Below are positions 53,223-64,000 of a stretch of 64,000 bases of DNA, piece after piece. Under the pieces are notes generated by a model that worked only from the letters and a program-made list of their open reading frames with translations, did not search any database and had not been told where the DNA came from. The stretch is taken from contig NC_082710.1 in assembly GCF_030144855.1 (NCBI RefSeq), positions 151,466,001-151,530,000 of the forward strand. Reading direction: 5' to 3'. This stretch comes from Hypanus sabinus (lineage: Eukaryota). The stretch's first letter is position 1. The number at the start of each line of letters is the position of its first letter. The position numbers were made by a program, and so were the translations under genes.

Positions 53223-53953
53223 GCATGAGGAAATCTGCAGATGCTGGAAATTCAGTCAACACACACAAAATGCTGGTGGAATGCTGCAGGCCAGGCAGCT
53301 TCTATAGGAAGAAGCACAAGTCCCGACGCAGACTGGGAGACTGTTTCACTGAATACCTGTGCTCTGTCTGCCAGAGAAAGCAGGATCTCCCAATGGCCAC
53401 ACATTTTAATTCCATGTCCGATTCTGATATGTCTACCCATGGACTCCTCTACTGTCAAGAGCCACATGGCCACACTCAGGTTGGAGAAACAACATCTTAT
53501 ATACCATCTGGGTAGCCTCCACCCTGATGACATGAACATTGACTTCTCTAACTTCCATTAATGCCCCTCCTTCCCTTCTTACCCCATCCCTGATACATTT
53601 AAATTTCCCCCTCTTTTTTCTTTCTTTTTCTTTCTCTCTGCCCGTCACTCTGCCTGTTCTCCATCTCCCTCTGGTGCTCCCCTCCTCCTTTCTTTCTCCC
53701 TAGTCCTCCTGTGCCATGATCCTTTCCCTTCTCCAGCTCTGTATCCCTTTTTCCAATCACCTTTCCAGCTTTCAGCTTCAGCCCACCCCCTCTTATCATT
53801 TTGCATTTCCCCCTCCCCCTCCTACTTTCAAATTTCTTACTAACTTTCCTATCAGTTAGTCCTGACGAAGAGTCTCGGCCCGAAACGTCGACAGACTTTT
53901 TCCTATAGATGCTGCCTGGCCTGCTGTGTTCCACCAGCATTTTGTGTGTGTTG
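53223..53953 (+). mobile_element. Penelope-like element fragment with inverted ends and 13-bp TSD
   Basis: GIY-YIG C-terminal part RRRLGDCFTEYL...DLPMATHFN...LEKQHLIYHLGSLHPDDMNIDFSNF. About 50 bp of the 3' end is repeated inverted at the left end. Flanked by cttctatcggcac (53210-53222, 53954-53966) inside a CR1. Confidence 0.88.
53857..53894 (+). ncRNA. Minimal type I hammerhead ribozyme motif in PLE terminal repeat
   Basis: AGTC-CTGACGA-A-GAGTCTCGGCCC-GAAA-C-GTC-GAC: conserved CUGANGA and GAAA core, GUC triplet (predicted cut after 53889), short stem I (GTC/GAC), stem II with one mismatch, loopless palindromic stem III (ACGT). Confidence 0.65.
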
Positions 53954-55129
53954 CTTCTATCGGCACTAGTAGCTTCCCAGTAATGCCATGGGCAATTATC
54001 TTGATATATAGCCTTGTGTACAGCACCCTGTCAAAGATGTTCTTAAAATCCAAATAAAGATAATCCACTAATTCTCCTTAGTCTGCCTTATTTCCTCAAA
54101 CTTGCAGAAATAATTAGTGAAATTGTAACAACTGCATTCGAGGGAACAACATGGAGGCCTTGTCCACTTAGGGAAAATAGGATTAAAAAACCCCATGGCC
54201 TGATGGTATATATCTTAAATTATTGAGTGAGGCAAGAGTGGAGATTGTTGGGGTCTTGACATCATGTTGTCTCTAGCTACAGTTGAGGACTTAGATACTG
54301 GAATAGGATTTTTGAGCATTTGTAAGACCATGGCCTAATTAGGGGAAGCTGTACAGCTTTATGTGGGACAAGTCATGTCTAACTTGACTGAGTTTTGTTG
54401 ATGAGATGATGAGGGTGATGGATAAAGTTAGAGCTGTGGATATTGTCTACATACTGTAGGTTTTAGTCAGGTGCTGGACAAGGTCACTCATGGGAAACTC
54501 ATCTAGAAGGTGCATGGTGAAATTGGATTCAGAACTCGCTTGCACATAGAAGGGGGGTTAGTGGCTGAAGGGACTTAATCTAGTTGGAGATTTTTGACGT
54601 ATATAAATGACCTGGATAAAAAGGCATTTGTGTGGTTTAGTAACTTTGAAGATGATACCATGATTGATGGAGTTATGGATAATGTAAGGATCCGCACAAT
54701 AACATAACTGCCCAAATACAGTACTGTATACCCAAACCAAAAAAATACTTACAGAATTAAATTGGTTTGTTGTCATGTACACCAGGGTACAAAGACATTT
54801 CTTGTTCACATGAAGCTCACAGAATAAACAGAGTACTTGGTAATACTAAATACACCAACAAATAGGATGAGTGCAGAGCAACAGAATGATGCAAAGACTG
54901 TGCTGCAACCTGAAGTACTGCAAAAAGAAATGTTAAATTGACAGGAGTTGGGAGAACCCACTTGCACATGCCAAATATTCTGAGACATCTAATAAAGTCC
55001 ATGCATACCTATTATTTAAAGCCTTCCTTCAAATCTTGCTACCCCCATAAAATTAATCAGAGTCTTCCTCAACCAGAGGTCCTGGATGAATCATTAGTTC
55101 TGCATATCATCTGAGGGCCAAATCAGTGG

Positions 55130-57050
55130 CATTCAGTTTTGATGACCAAATAAGATACAAGAGTTCCAGGTATAATCTTGGAAAGCAGCCACACAGGCAA
55201 AGTGGGAATTCAGTCTAAACATGAATCACTGAAGGATACTCAGTTTTGGCAGGGCTTGAATGCTATTACCTCTTATAAAGTGATACCAAGAGATATAGAT
55301 GACATCAGGGTATTGCATTGAGTTGAGCTCAATGCATTCTCTGCTCAGAATGACCATCAAATAGGAAGAAACTTTCATGAGCACCTACAGCCCCTAAGGA
55401 CCTTGTCAGTTCCGTCTCTGAGGCTGGTCTGAGAGCATCCTTCAGGAAGGTGAAGGCACAGAAGGCATACTGTGATGAAGTGCTTTCAGTGGATGGTGAC
55501 GAAACACATCGTTTCCTGTCTGAGAAGCAACTTGGACCCATTCCAATTTAAATACCATTCCAATTAAAGTAGATGCCATTTCATTGCCTCTTCACACAAC
55601 CCTGGTTCATCCGGACATCAAAGGTGTATACACCAGGTTCCTCTTTATCAACCACAGCTCAGTGTTCAATACTACCATCTCCTCGAAAATAATCAATAAC
55701 CTTCAAGACCTTGTTGTCAGTACCATTTTGCGGAACTGGAACTTTGTTTTCCTCACTTGCAGATCTCAGTCATTTCAGATTGGCAACAGCATCTCCTGCA
55801 CAATCTTCATCAGCACATGTGCACCACAGGCTGTGCGATTTCTTCCCTGATAAACTCACTTTATGCTTAGGAATGTGAGGCTAAGTACATCTCCAATACC
55901 ATATTTAAGCTTGCTGATGACACCACTGTCTTTGACTGAATCAAAGGTATTGATGAATCATCATATGCAAGGGAGAGTGACAGTCTGGTAGACTCTCACT
56001 CAGTGTCAGCAAGACAAGGAGATGATTATTGATTTCAAGAGGAGGAGTCCAGGTATCCAGGAACTGGTCCTCATTGGGGGATCAGAGATGAAGGTCAGGA
56101 TCTATAAATTCCTCTGTGTTATCGTTTCAGAGGATCTTTCTTGGGCTCAGCTCGTAAGTGCAATTACGAATAAAGCACACAGCTCTTCTACTTCTTTAGA
56201 AGTTTTCAATGATTCCACATGATATCTAAAAGTTTGACAGACTTCTATAGATATATGGTGGACAGTGTACTGGTTTCATCAAGGCCTCGTATGGAAACGC
56301 CAATGCACATGTAAGAAAAATCCTACAAAACATAATGGATATGGCCCAGTCCATCACAGGTAAAGCTTTTCACTTAACTGTGCACACCTACACAGAATGT
56401 GCTTGCAAATACACAGCATCAACCATCAAAGACCACCAAAAGCTAAACCATGCTCTTTTCTCCTTGCTACCGTTAGGAAGACATATAGGAGCCTGAAGAT
56501 CCACACAACCAGGTTTGGGATTAGTTATTTCCTTTCAACCATTGGGTTCTTAGAAAATCAGAATCAGATTTTTATCACTGGCATGTGATGTGAAATTTGT
56601 TAACTTAGCAGCAGCAGTTCAATGCAATACATAATCTGGCAGAGAGAGAAAAAATAATAATGAATACAATAAAACAGAATAATAAATAAGTAAATCAATT
56701 GTGTATATTGAATAGATTATTAAAATGTGCAAAAACAGGAAAAACATTAAAAAAGTGAGGTTTTGTCCAAAGCATCAAAGTCCATTTAGGAATCACATTG
56801 CGAAGGGAAGAAGCTGTCCCTGAATCGCTGAGTCATTGCTTCAGGCTTCTACCTGATGGTAACAGTCAGAAAAGGGCATACCCTGGGTACTGGAGCTCTT
56901 TAATAATGGACACTGTCGTTCTGAGACACTGCTCCCTAAAGATGTTCTGGGTACATTGAAGGCTAGTGCCCAGGATGGAGCTGACTAGATTTACAAACTT
57001 CTGCTGCTTCTTTCAGTCCTATGCAGTCCTCCATACCACACAGTGATGCA
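55130..57050. mobile_element. Rex1/Babar-like LINE fragments, tail-to-tail (+ 55130-56560, - 56560-57050)
   Basis: WQGLNAITSYK, VSEAGLRASFRKV, KLADDTTV, MIIDFKRR; opposite-strand tail cagaatcagattttt. Confidence 0.82.
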
Positions 57051-57589
57051 GCCTCAGTGATGGGGATTATGTCATTTACTTCATTACTAAATTGTTCCCT
57101 GACCTTATGGACTCACTTTCCAGGACTCTTCATCTCATGTGCTCGATATTTATTGCTTATTTGTTTATTATTATAGTTTCTCTTTTTGTATTTGCATGGT
57201 TCATTGTTTTTTTTTGTACAATGATTGCATGACTAGTTGTGTGTGGTCTTTCATTGACTCTATTGTGTTTCTTGGATTTGCTGAGGATGCATACAAGAAA
57301 ACAGAACTCCGGTTTGTATATTGAGACATATATGCAATTTGATAATAAATTTCTTTTGAACATTGAACCTGTGCCTTGTCCAACCACCTCCTTCACCCTC
57401 CTTACTTCTGCTCTTCTGATCATTTGTTCCATTTCTCTTAATCACTTCACCCTCTTCCTCATCAGTTTCTTTCATTCATCATCTCCCTCTTCTTCCTATT
57501 GCACTCCATTGCCATGGCTCCCTTGGTCCACAAATTCTAGCTCATTCACCCCTCCAATCCTTCGAACATTTGCTATTTGTTAGGATGAT

Positions 57590-58260
57590 GGCAAACTTTG
57601 GGAACTCAGGTTGAGGCACCTGATGTTGCGGTTTTTGCCGAACTTGCGGTGTTGCCTTGCAAATGTTCCATTACCAGTTGAGGTGACCCCCTCGGTGCGC
57701 AGTTGTTGGTGTTTCTCTCGGGAAGTACTCACTTTTATTTAGAACACCCCCCACCCCCCCCCCCACCCACACCAACATTCCCTTGCCTTGGTCCTGATGG
57801 TTGGTAATCCCTTTGGATGACTTTTAAATTCTATTAGCTTGCGCTTCATTTGCTCTTAGGCATTCTTCGATGGCATCTATTTCTATATGTTTGTCTACCG
57901 AGTTATCTGAAGAGAACCATACATCTAAAAAAACTCATGCTGCTTAATGTTTGCCAGTGCCAGGACCTCCGCAGTTTCCCAATTAAAGTTGGGTCCTTCT
58001 CAGTCATCATGTTCCCTGATCAGCAACAGTGGATGATGCCTCTGTACTGCCAGCCTGCTGGTCTATCTACCCCTGGCTTAGATACTGGGCTACATCCCAG
58101 TTCCTCTCCCAAACAACTAGTGGAATCTTTGTTCCACTGTTCGCAATACTGTCTCCAACACTGAGCTCTTTGCCCCATACTCTGCACAATCAACAGAGTC
58201 ATCCTTACGATTAAATGGAGAAATAGTCAGAGCTCATTCACCCGAACACCCTATGGTGTT
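57590..58260 (-). mobile_element. Second Penelope-like family fragment (GIY-YIG end + terminal repeat)
   Basis: Minus strand FNWETAEVLALAN...WFSSDNSVDKHIEIDA. The terminal region carries a decayed hammerhead-like gtcacc-tcaact-ggtaat hairpin. Confidence 0.65.
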
Positions 58261-58799
58261 AGTTCACTTTCTATCTGAGAGCACATTTGGTAACATCTCA
58301 TAGAACATAGAATGCATAACAATAGAACAGACCACAGATTCTTAAGCCACAGTGTTGCACCAAACTTATTAATCTAGTAACTGTATGTATGCAACAATGG
58401 GCACATCCCGGTACACCGCTTCAACAGGCAAGCTAAACCAAGTGAGGGTAACTGGGAAACTCCAACACTGGTGATATAGGAATATGCCTACCCCAGCATG
58501 CCAAGCCAGTTCCAGCAGACGGGGTGGATGAGATCTACTAAAGATCAAACTGCCAAGAAGGCTGTGCTGCAATGCTTTGTGGATAGTGAAAGGCATGAGA
58601 AGGCGCAGAAGGAGTCAAGGCAATACATTGCAGACGAGGATGTTTTAATACGATTGAGGCCGAGAGAGAGGAACAACCTCAGTGTAATGTCTTTTTCAAT
58701 CTAAAACTCCACCTTCATAGGGCACATCATGATCGGTAACAGCAGATAACCAAAACATTAATTAATTGCATACATAAACAAACCCCTTCTGCTTATGCT

Positions 58800-59072
58800 A
58801 TGCCCATATCTGCAATTTCGGTAAAAGGTAAATTGCTTAGATGAAATGGTGTTTGCAGTGGTCATGGGGTATGGAGGGGGGTGTCAGTAAATTGTACATA
58901 TCTATAACATGTGGAAGTTACTATCCAGAAGAATAAACGTGACAGAAACAGCGAGAAGCAAAATTATAGATTTCCTTTGGTTCTTTCTCTCTGGATCAGT
59001 GTCCGTCTCTGACTGTTTATTCCTCACTCTATTTGCAAGGACAATGTGTCTGATCATTACAGAGTTCAGAAG
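58800..59072 (-). pseudogene. Class A GPCR fragment (TM5-ICL3-TM6-ECL3), GPR139/GPR142-like expanded family of cartilaginous fish
   Basis: LLNSVMIRHIVLANRVRNKQSETDTDPERKNQRKSIILLLAVSVTFIL, frameshift at about 58925, then WIVTSTCYRYVQFTDT...*...LSNLPFTEIADMG. Resembles, from memory, the LLNxxxxRHIxxxxRVR...DPE...RKSIILL...FILLW pattern of shark/ray GPR139-like genes. One frameshift, one stop, no TM1-4. Confidence 0.62.
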
Positions 59073-60302
59073 TTGCATTTTATCAACAATAAAGCATTTT
59101 GGAAGCCAAAGAAAGTCAACACCTCCCCCTATGAATAGGTCAGTTAGTAATTGCAGAGTGTAAACTTAGCAGCTAGACTGGCTGAAAGAGAGAGGGAGCT
59201 CAGGAACATTTACTTCAATGGAAAGACATCTGGCTGAAAGTCCAGGATATCTTCTCTACTCCAGCAATCCACTTTGAAAATTCTCAACTGCAATTCTGCA
59301 AACAAGGCTCAGAGTGGGAAAGTGACTTTCTGAAGCAATTCCCAGCTAAAGAGATGTTCTTTTATCAACAGAGAACTGTTAATTCAATACTAGAAACATC
59401 GTTAAATGTAATTTTATTCCACAAAAATTTGAGCATACTTCTAATTCCAGGTTGATAATCACCAAACAATAAGACCATAAGTTCATATGAATAGGAGGAA
59501 AGTTAGGACATTCAGCCTATTGAGTCTGCTCTGCCATTCCATCATGGCTGATCCCAGATCCCACTCAACCCCATACACCTGCCTTCTTGCCATATCCTTT
59601 GATGCCCTGACCGATCAAGAAATATTCAACTTCTGCCTTAAATATACCATGGAGTTGGCCTCCACCACAGTCTGTGCAGAGCATTCCACAGATTCCCTAC
59701 CCTATGGCTAAAAATATCCTCCTTACCTCTGTTCCAAAGGTCAAACCTCAATTCTGAGGTAGTGTCCTCTAGTTCCAGATATCCCTAACATAGGAAACAT
59801 GCTCTCTACATACATCCTATCTAGACCTTTCAGCATTCGATAGGTTTCAATGAGATCCCCTCACATTCTTCTAAATTCCAGTGTGTACAGAGCCAAAGCT
59901 GCCAAAAACACTTCATATGATAATCCTTATTAATTTCCTCTGGACTCTCACCAATGACAACATATCCTTTTTGAGACATGGGGGCTGAAACTGTTGGCAA
60001 TGGTAGGGGAATTTCTAAATTAGAGAAAATCAGCTATAAATTAGAAACACCATCAAGGGGCAATGTTCAGAAGCACTTAATCACTCAAGCAGCTAATGGA
60101 GATCTGTAAGTTTCTATGCAGAAAAATACACATAGAAGCTGGGTGCCAATTAAAAATGTTAAGATTGAAATTGTTAGCTTTCTCTTATTTATGTATGTAA
60201 TGGTCTAGTGACAAAATGGCAGATAGAGCTGAACAGTTTAATAGTAGAATAAACTCAGTGTTTAATTGTGTGTCGCTTGTTCCTTGGAGGTAATTTTGCA
60301 AT

Positions 60303-61149
60303 TGTTACGAATGTGCCACAACTCTGAGGGGCCAAAGGGTACAAAGTAGCCCCCTCCTTCTTGAGAATCGCAAGATCGCTATTAACTCGGGTCTGGGACC
60401 CAGGAAATGAGAGAGAGACGTCCAGAATACACAGGGTTTGGAATGTGTCCTGGCCTCAGCAAGACGGAACCATTGATAACAGCTATTGTCTCTTGGAGAC
60501 GGAATTGTGTATTGAGTACTGTACTATTCATTGAAGCCCTTAGGGGATGACCAGAGTGGGCTGGTTGAAGGATTGCATCATCCCAACCTGATTGACATCT
60601 GAGACCCCATGAGTAAGGATAAAAGCGGGTCTGGGGAACAACTCCTTTAGACGCACCAGGAGAAACGCTAGAAATCCCGTGACAGCGTTTAATAGCGACA
60701 GCCGGTGGGGGGCACGTGTGCGTCCTTTTCCCTTGCATGGGAATTGGCAGGCTCACCACGGAAGAACGGCTTTAGCTAAAGGAGAGGCCACAAGTGACCA
60801 GCCACACCAACAGAACTCTTGAAGGATCGAAATCATAAAAGGAAAAGCCGGCAAGTTTCTAAAAATCTCCCTCTTGACTCCAACCAAATGCTGCAGCCTG
60901 AATGAACTGAGTGACTTTTATATTTCCATCGGACAATACATTATCCCCTAGACAACGATAGAATTATTTCTTATTGATTATTATACCTGCACTTTTAGAT
61001 TTAGTATTGATGATGCATATTATCTGTATGTTTGCATTTATATTATTTGTGTATTTTTACTAATAAATGCTGTTAAAAATAGTACCACCAGACTTCAATG
61101 GACCTCTCTCTCTTTGCTGGTAAGTGACCCAGTTACGGGGTTTGTAACA
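60303..61149 (+). mobile_element. Solo LTR (Gypsy- or ERV1-type), 847 bp
   Basis: Termini TGTTAC...GTAACA, 4-bp TSD CAAT (60299-60302, 61150-61153), AATAAA at 61062-61067. Empty site (caac, 38667-38670) in the proximal duplicate. Confidence 0.92.
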
Positions 61150-62812
61150 CAATCCACAGTGTTTGACATGGCACACTCAGTTTACTCTACAGGAGAAGCA
61201 CTCAGTTCCCCATCAACAGGGGAAGCCTGAAGGAAATGTTTAACATGTAAGAAAATCAGAGAAAAGGAGTTTCGTTGATGTATTGCACAGAGAGAACGAA
61301 TACAATCGTCATGGTGCAACAGAGAGCATAGTGCGGTAGAAAAATAGCATTCCTAATCCAGGCATGTGTGAGGAGAGGAGGTCAAATTCTAGTGAAAAAC
61401 ATACAGTAAATGACAGAGATATTCTGGTGCACATCCCTAGCTCTCCAAAAGAGGCAATACAAGTAAACAGAATGAAGGATGTAAGACTAGAGGCTGCAAC
61501 AGATAGTATTCAGCTGGTGTACTGAGAATGATGAAATAAATCTTTATTCTCCGGCAATCGAGTGTGGTATAATAGGAGAGGAAGAGTACATTAACTAGAA
61601 TAAGATGTCAACAGTTTTAAAAACTGTGCATATTGATCAGTTAATACAGGCAGATTTTCACGATTGGTTCCATTGTTAAATGTCAGCCATTGCGAACACT
61701 GGGATGTGGAATATATATTAATGAAGAAGCTGCTTCATTACGGAAAGTACCCATTCCACTCTTAAGATTCAAGTTACATTTATTATTGAAGAATGTATAC
61801 ATTATAATGCCTTGAGATTTATTTGCTTACATGGAACCTCAAAGCAGGAAACCTGCAAGAACCCAAATAAAAAAAGGACCAACCCCGATTACAGAAGGGA
61901 AATAAGAACACAAATCATGCAAGCAATTGAACCAAACAACAATGCTCTGAACCAAATGAGACCTTAGATCTGAACCCCAGATAATCCCGGAGTAGGCCCA
62001 AAGCCTCGGTTATCAGTTTATCATATTAGTGGGCAAGGAGAAGAGCAGCCAGGGCATTCTCTATAGCCTCAGCATCATGGAGAAAGGAGTGACCATTGCG
62101 ATGAACAGGTGAAATCGGCTCTTGCCTCAGATATTGATACACTGACGTTTCAGTTTTTCTGGGACAACATTTAAATTCACCATATAATGGAACAGCAAAA
62201 GGCTCCAGCGCCTTGGAGAGTGGAGTGAACATTGTCAGAATGAATGAACTTGGCTCTCGCCTCCACTCAGCACCCATAGCTATCCAAAGTAGGATCAGAA
62301 TTCCAGTGTCCCAATGTCTCCTGTCCAAATGTTTGGCTCACTGCATCTACATCAATTCTGCAAACGTACCTTCTCAGCTCATACCCGAATCTTGTCTTGT
62401 CATCACTTGACCCCTCACCATTTGCAGCAATAATTTAACACAATTTACCTCAGAAAAGCTGCCCTAGATGTTTTTAGTCAAATTTATTGTCTTTTCAACT
62501 ACTAGTGAGCTCTCACACAAGTTCGATGGAGCCAGCTTAACTGGAAACAATATTCTTTTGTACTTGTGTTGCAACTTACATTGCATTCTTTTCTGTTCCT
62601 CAACATAATACAAAAATATCTGTAATGCAACCTCTCTCAAGCTCTTTACTACAGAACAGGGATCACCGTTTCTCTCAATCATTCATACACTTAAGACGAT
62701 GACCCAGTAAAAACCTAGGAACTACTCAACAATATATTAAATTTGCAAACACAATTAATCTTTGTGGTTCCTTTAAAGTTAACAGACAGAAGTTAAATTA
62801 AAAAGTGCTTAC

Positions 62813-62864
62813 CGGAAGAGACTGTGGCTAAACAGTGGATGTTCAGTAAAGTAAAAAGCAGCAT
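62813..62864 (-). CDS. MHC class I-like leader (signal peptide) exon, intact distal copy: MLLFTLLNIHCLATVSS + phase-1 G
   Basis: Minus strand reads ATG CTG CTT TTT ACT TTA CTG AAC ATC CAC TGT TTA GCC ACA GTC TCT TCC G|GTAAGC: 52 nt, hydrophobic 17 aa ending in small residues. G + AT of the alpha1 exon gives GAT (Asp) in frame. Confidence 0.8.
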
Positions 62865-63030
62865 GCTTTAAAAGTAGCCAGGGCATTAATTAACCAGGCG
62901 ACTAACAGCAGTGACAGTAACCTGATCTCTTGTGCACTTTAACAGAATGCTGGTGTGGAGCTACTTATTGGCCCATGTGTATAGCAAACCTGATAACCAC
63001 ATCCAATGGGAATGAAAGGGATTGTTCTGG
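62865..63030 (-). promoter_or_regulatory. Candidate promoter upstream of the intact leader
   Basis: By position only. Sense-strand CCAAT at 62967-62971 and inverted CCAAT (Y-box orientation) at 63003-63007. No convincing X-box, ISRE or kB site recognised. Confidence 0.3.
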
Positions 63031-64000
63031 TCACTAATTACCAGTCAATGCAATCTGAGGATCAGATTTTACACTGGCATTTACTGAACAATATTCATGT
63101 CAACTACTCTTCCCAGAGCACTTTAAAGACAAAGAAGTGCTTTAAAAAGTGTAATTACTTAGTCATGCACAACACCATCAATTGTACAAATGGAGCTTTG
63201 GGATTAACAGGAATATCTTCCTTAGAGTACTGCTTGAGAAATATTTATGAATCAGGATGTTGCAAAGAATTTCCTTGTTATTCTTTGATGTAGTGTCATG
63301 GCATTTTTCTTTCAGATGAGAGGACGGACAGGAGGTCAGGTTAAAAATTTAAAGGTGTAAAAGTGTAGATATCAGCCAATGCTGCCCCACCCTCAGTACA
63401 TGGATTTCTCAATGATCCTTGTACTGATTACAGGGCATATTCAGATTCTGATCGGCTTATTAGCATACAAGGGCATAAAACAAGGGACCAGAGTTGGGCC
63501 ATTCTGCCCATCAAGTCTGCTCCACTATCTCATCATGGCTGCTCCACTTCCCTTTCAACCACTTTTGCCTGACTTCTTCCCATAACCTTTCACACCCTGA
63601 CAAATAAAGAACCTGTAAACCTCTGCTTTAAGTGCACGCAATGACCTGCCCTCCAGAGCCATCTATGGCAATGAATTGCACTGATTCTCCATCTTCTGGC
63701 TACAGAAATTTCTCCGCAACATTTTAAATGAAAGCTCCTCAATTCTGAGGCCATGACCTTTAGTGCTACTATAGGACATATCCTCTTCATGTTGATTCTA
63801 TCTAAGCCTATCAACATGCAATAGGTTTCAATGAGATCCTCTCTTTGTTGTAATCTCCAGTGAGTACAGACCCAATACTATCAATCTTTTGCAAAGAATA
63901 ACCCTTTCAATCCCAGGATAATTCTTGTGAACCTCCTCTGAACCCTCTCCAATGTTAGCTCATCCTTTCTCTTACAAGGAGCACAGCTCGTAATACTCCA

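Larger units (their letters stand above)
49370..54690. mobile_element. Nested cluster of CR1 fragments in both orientations (+ 49370-50270, - 50282-50770, + 50790-51870, - 52160-54090, + 54100-54690)
   Basis: Repeated RT C-terminal motifs such as LERVKRKFTRMFPG, YENRLRLLGLFSLE, YLDFKNIFDRV, and tagaacatagaa/acataagacatag tails. Confidence 0.88.
59081..64000. repeat. Segmental duplication, distal copy (continues beyond window)
   Basis: Same block as 37234-41500, with an extra solo LTR (60303-61149) and an intact leader exon. Confidence 0.93.

Noticed and set aside
54806-54940. Acceptor-like site followed by hydrophobic frame (STVFASFCCSALILFVGVFSITK) as TM exon of a second MHC gene
   Set aside because: No similarity to the TM exon at 16327-16490, no basic stop-transfer motif, and no alpha exons nearby.
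41500-59080. Second MHC-I gene body downstream of the distal leader
   Set aside because: Scanned by eye for alpha1/2/3 motifs; found only repeats, short unique islands and the GPCR remnant. Very decayed exons cannot be excluded without tblastn.
1-64000. CRISPR arrays, tRNA/rRNA genes, prokaryotic systems
   Set aside because: None seen; the window is eukaryotic, and tRNA-like segments are decayed SINE heads.

Overview
Repeat-rich vertebrate DNA. The repeat families and the gene point to a cartilaginous fish, probably a ray (inference). The one intact host gene is a minus-strand MHC class I-like gene that the ORF track only partly shows: alpha1 (30756-31007), alpha2 (26326-26601), alpha3 (22893-23165) and a TM+cytoplasmic exon (16327-16490), all stop-free with canonical phase-1 splice sites. 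Most classical peptide-anchoring residues are replaced, so it looks non-classical. Its leader exon, promoter and the start of intron 1 occur twice (about 37234-41500 and 59081-64000+). The proximal leader (40326-40355) is broken by a 22-nt deletion. The distal leader (62813-62864) is intact, has no gene body of its own, and splices in frame to alpha1 across 31.8 kb to give a 338-aa protein. The distal duplicate abuts a GPR139-like GPCR pseudogene fragment. The rest is mobile DNA: a heavily deleted gag-pol-env ERV with one LTR, a young Buster-type hAT deletion derivative, a solo LTR, Penelope-like elements with minimal hammerhead-ribozyme motifs, and many CR1, Rex1/Babar-like, L2 and SINE fragments. 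All alignments and identities were done by eye; repeat boundaries are approximate unless a TSD or TIR is quoted.
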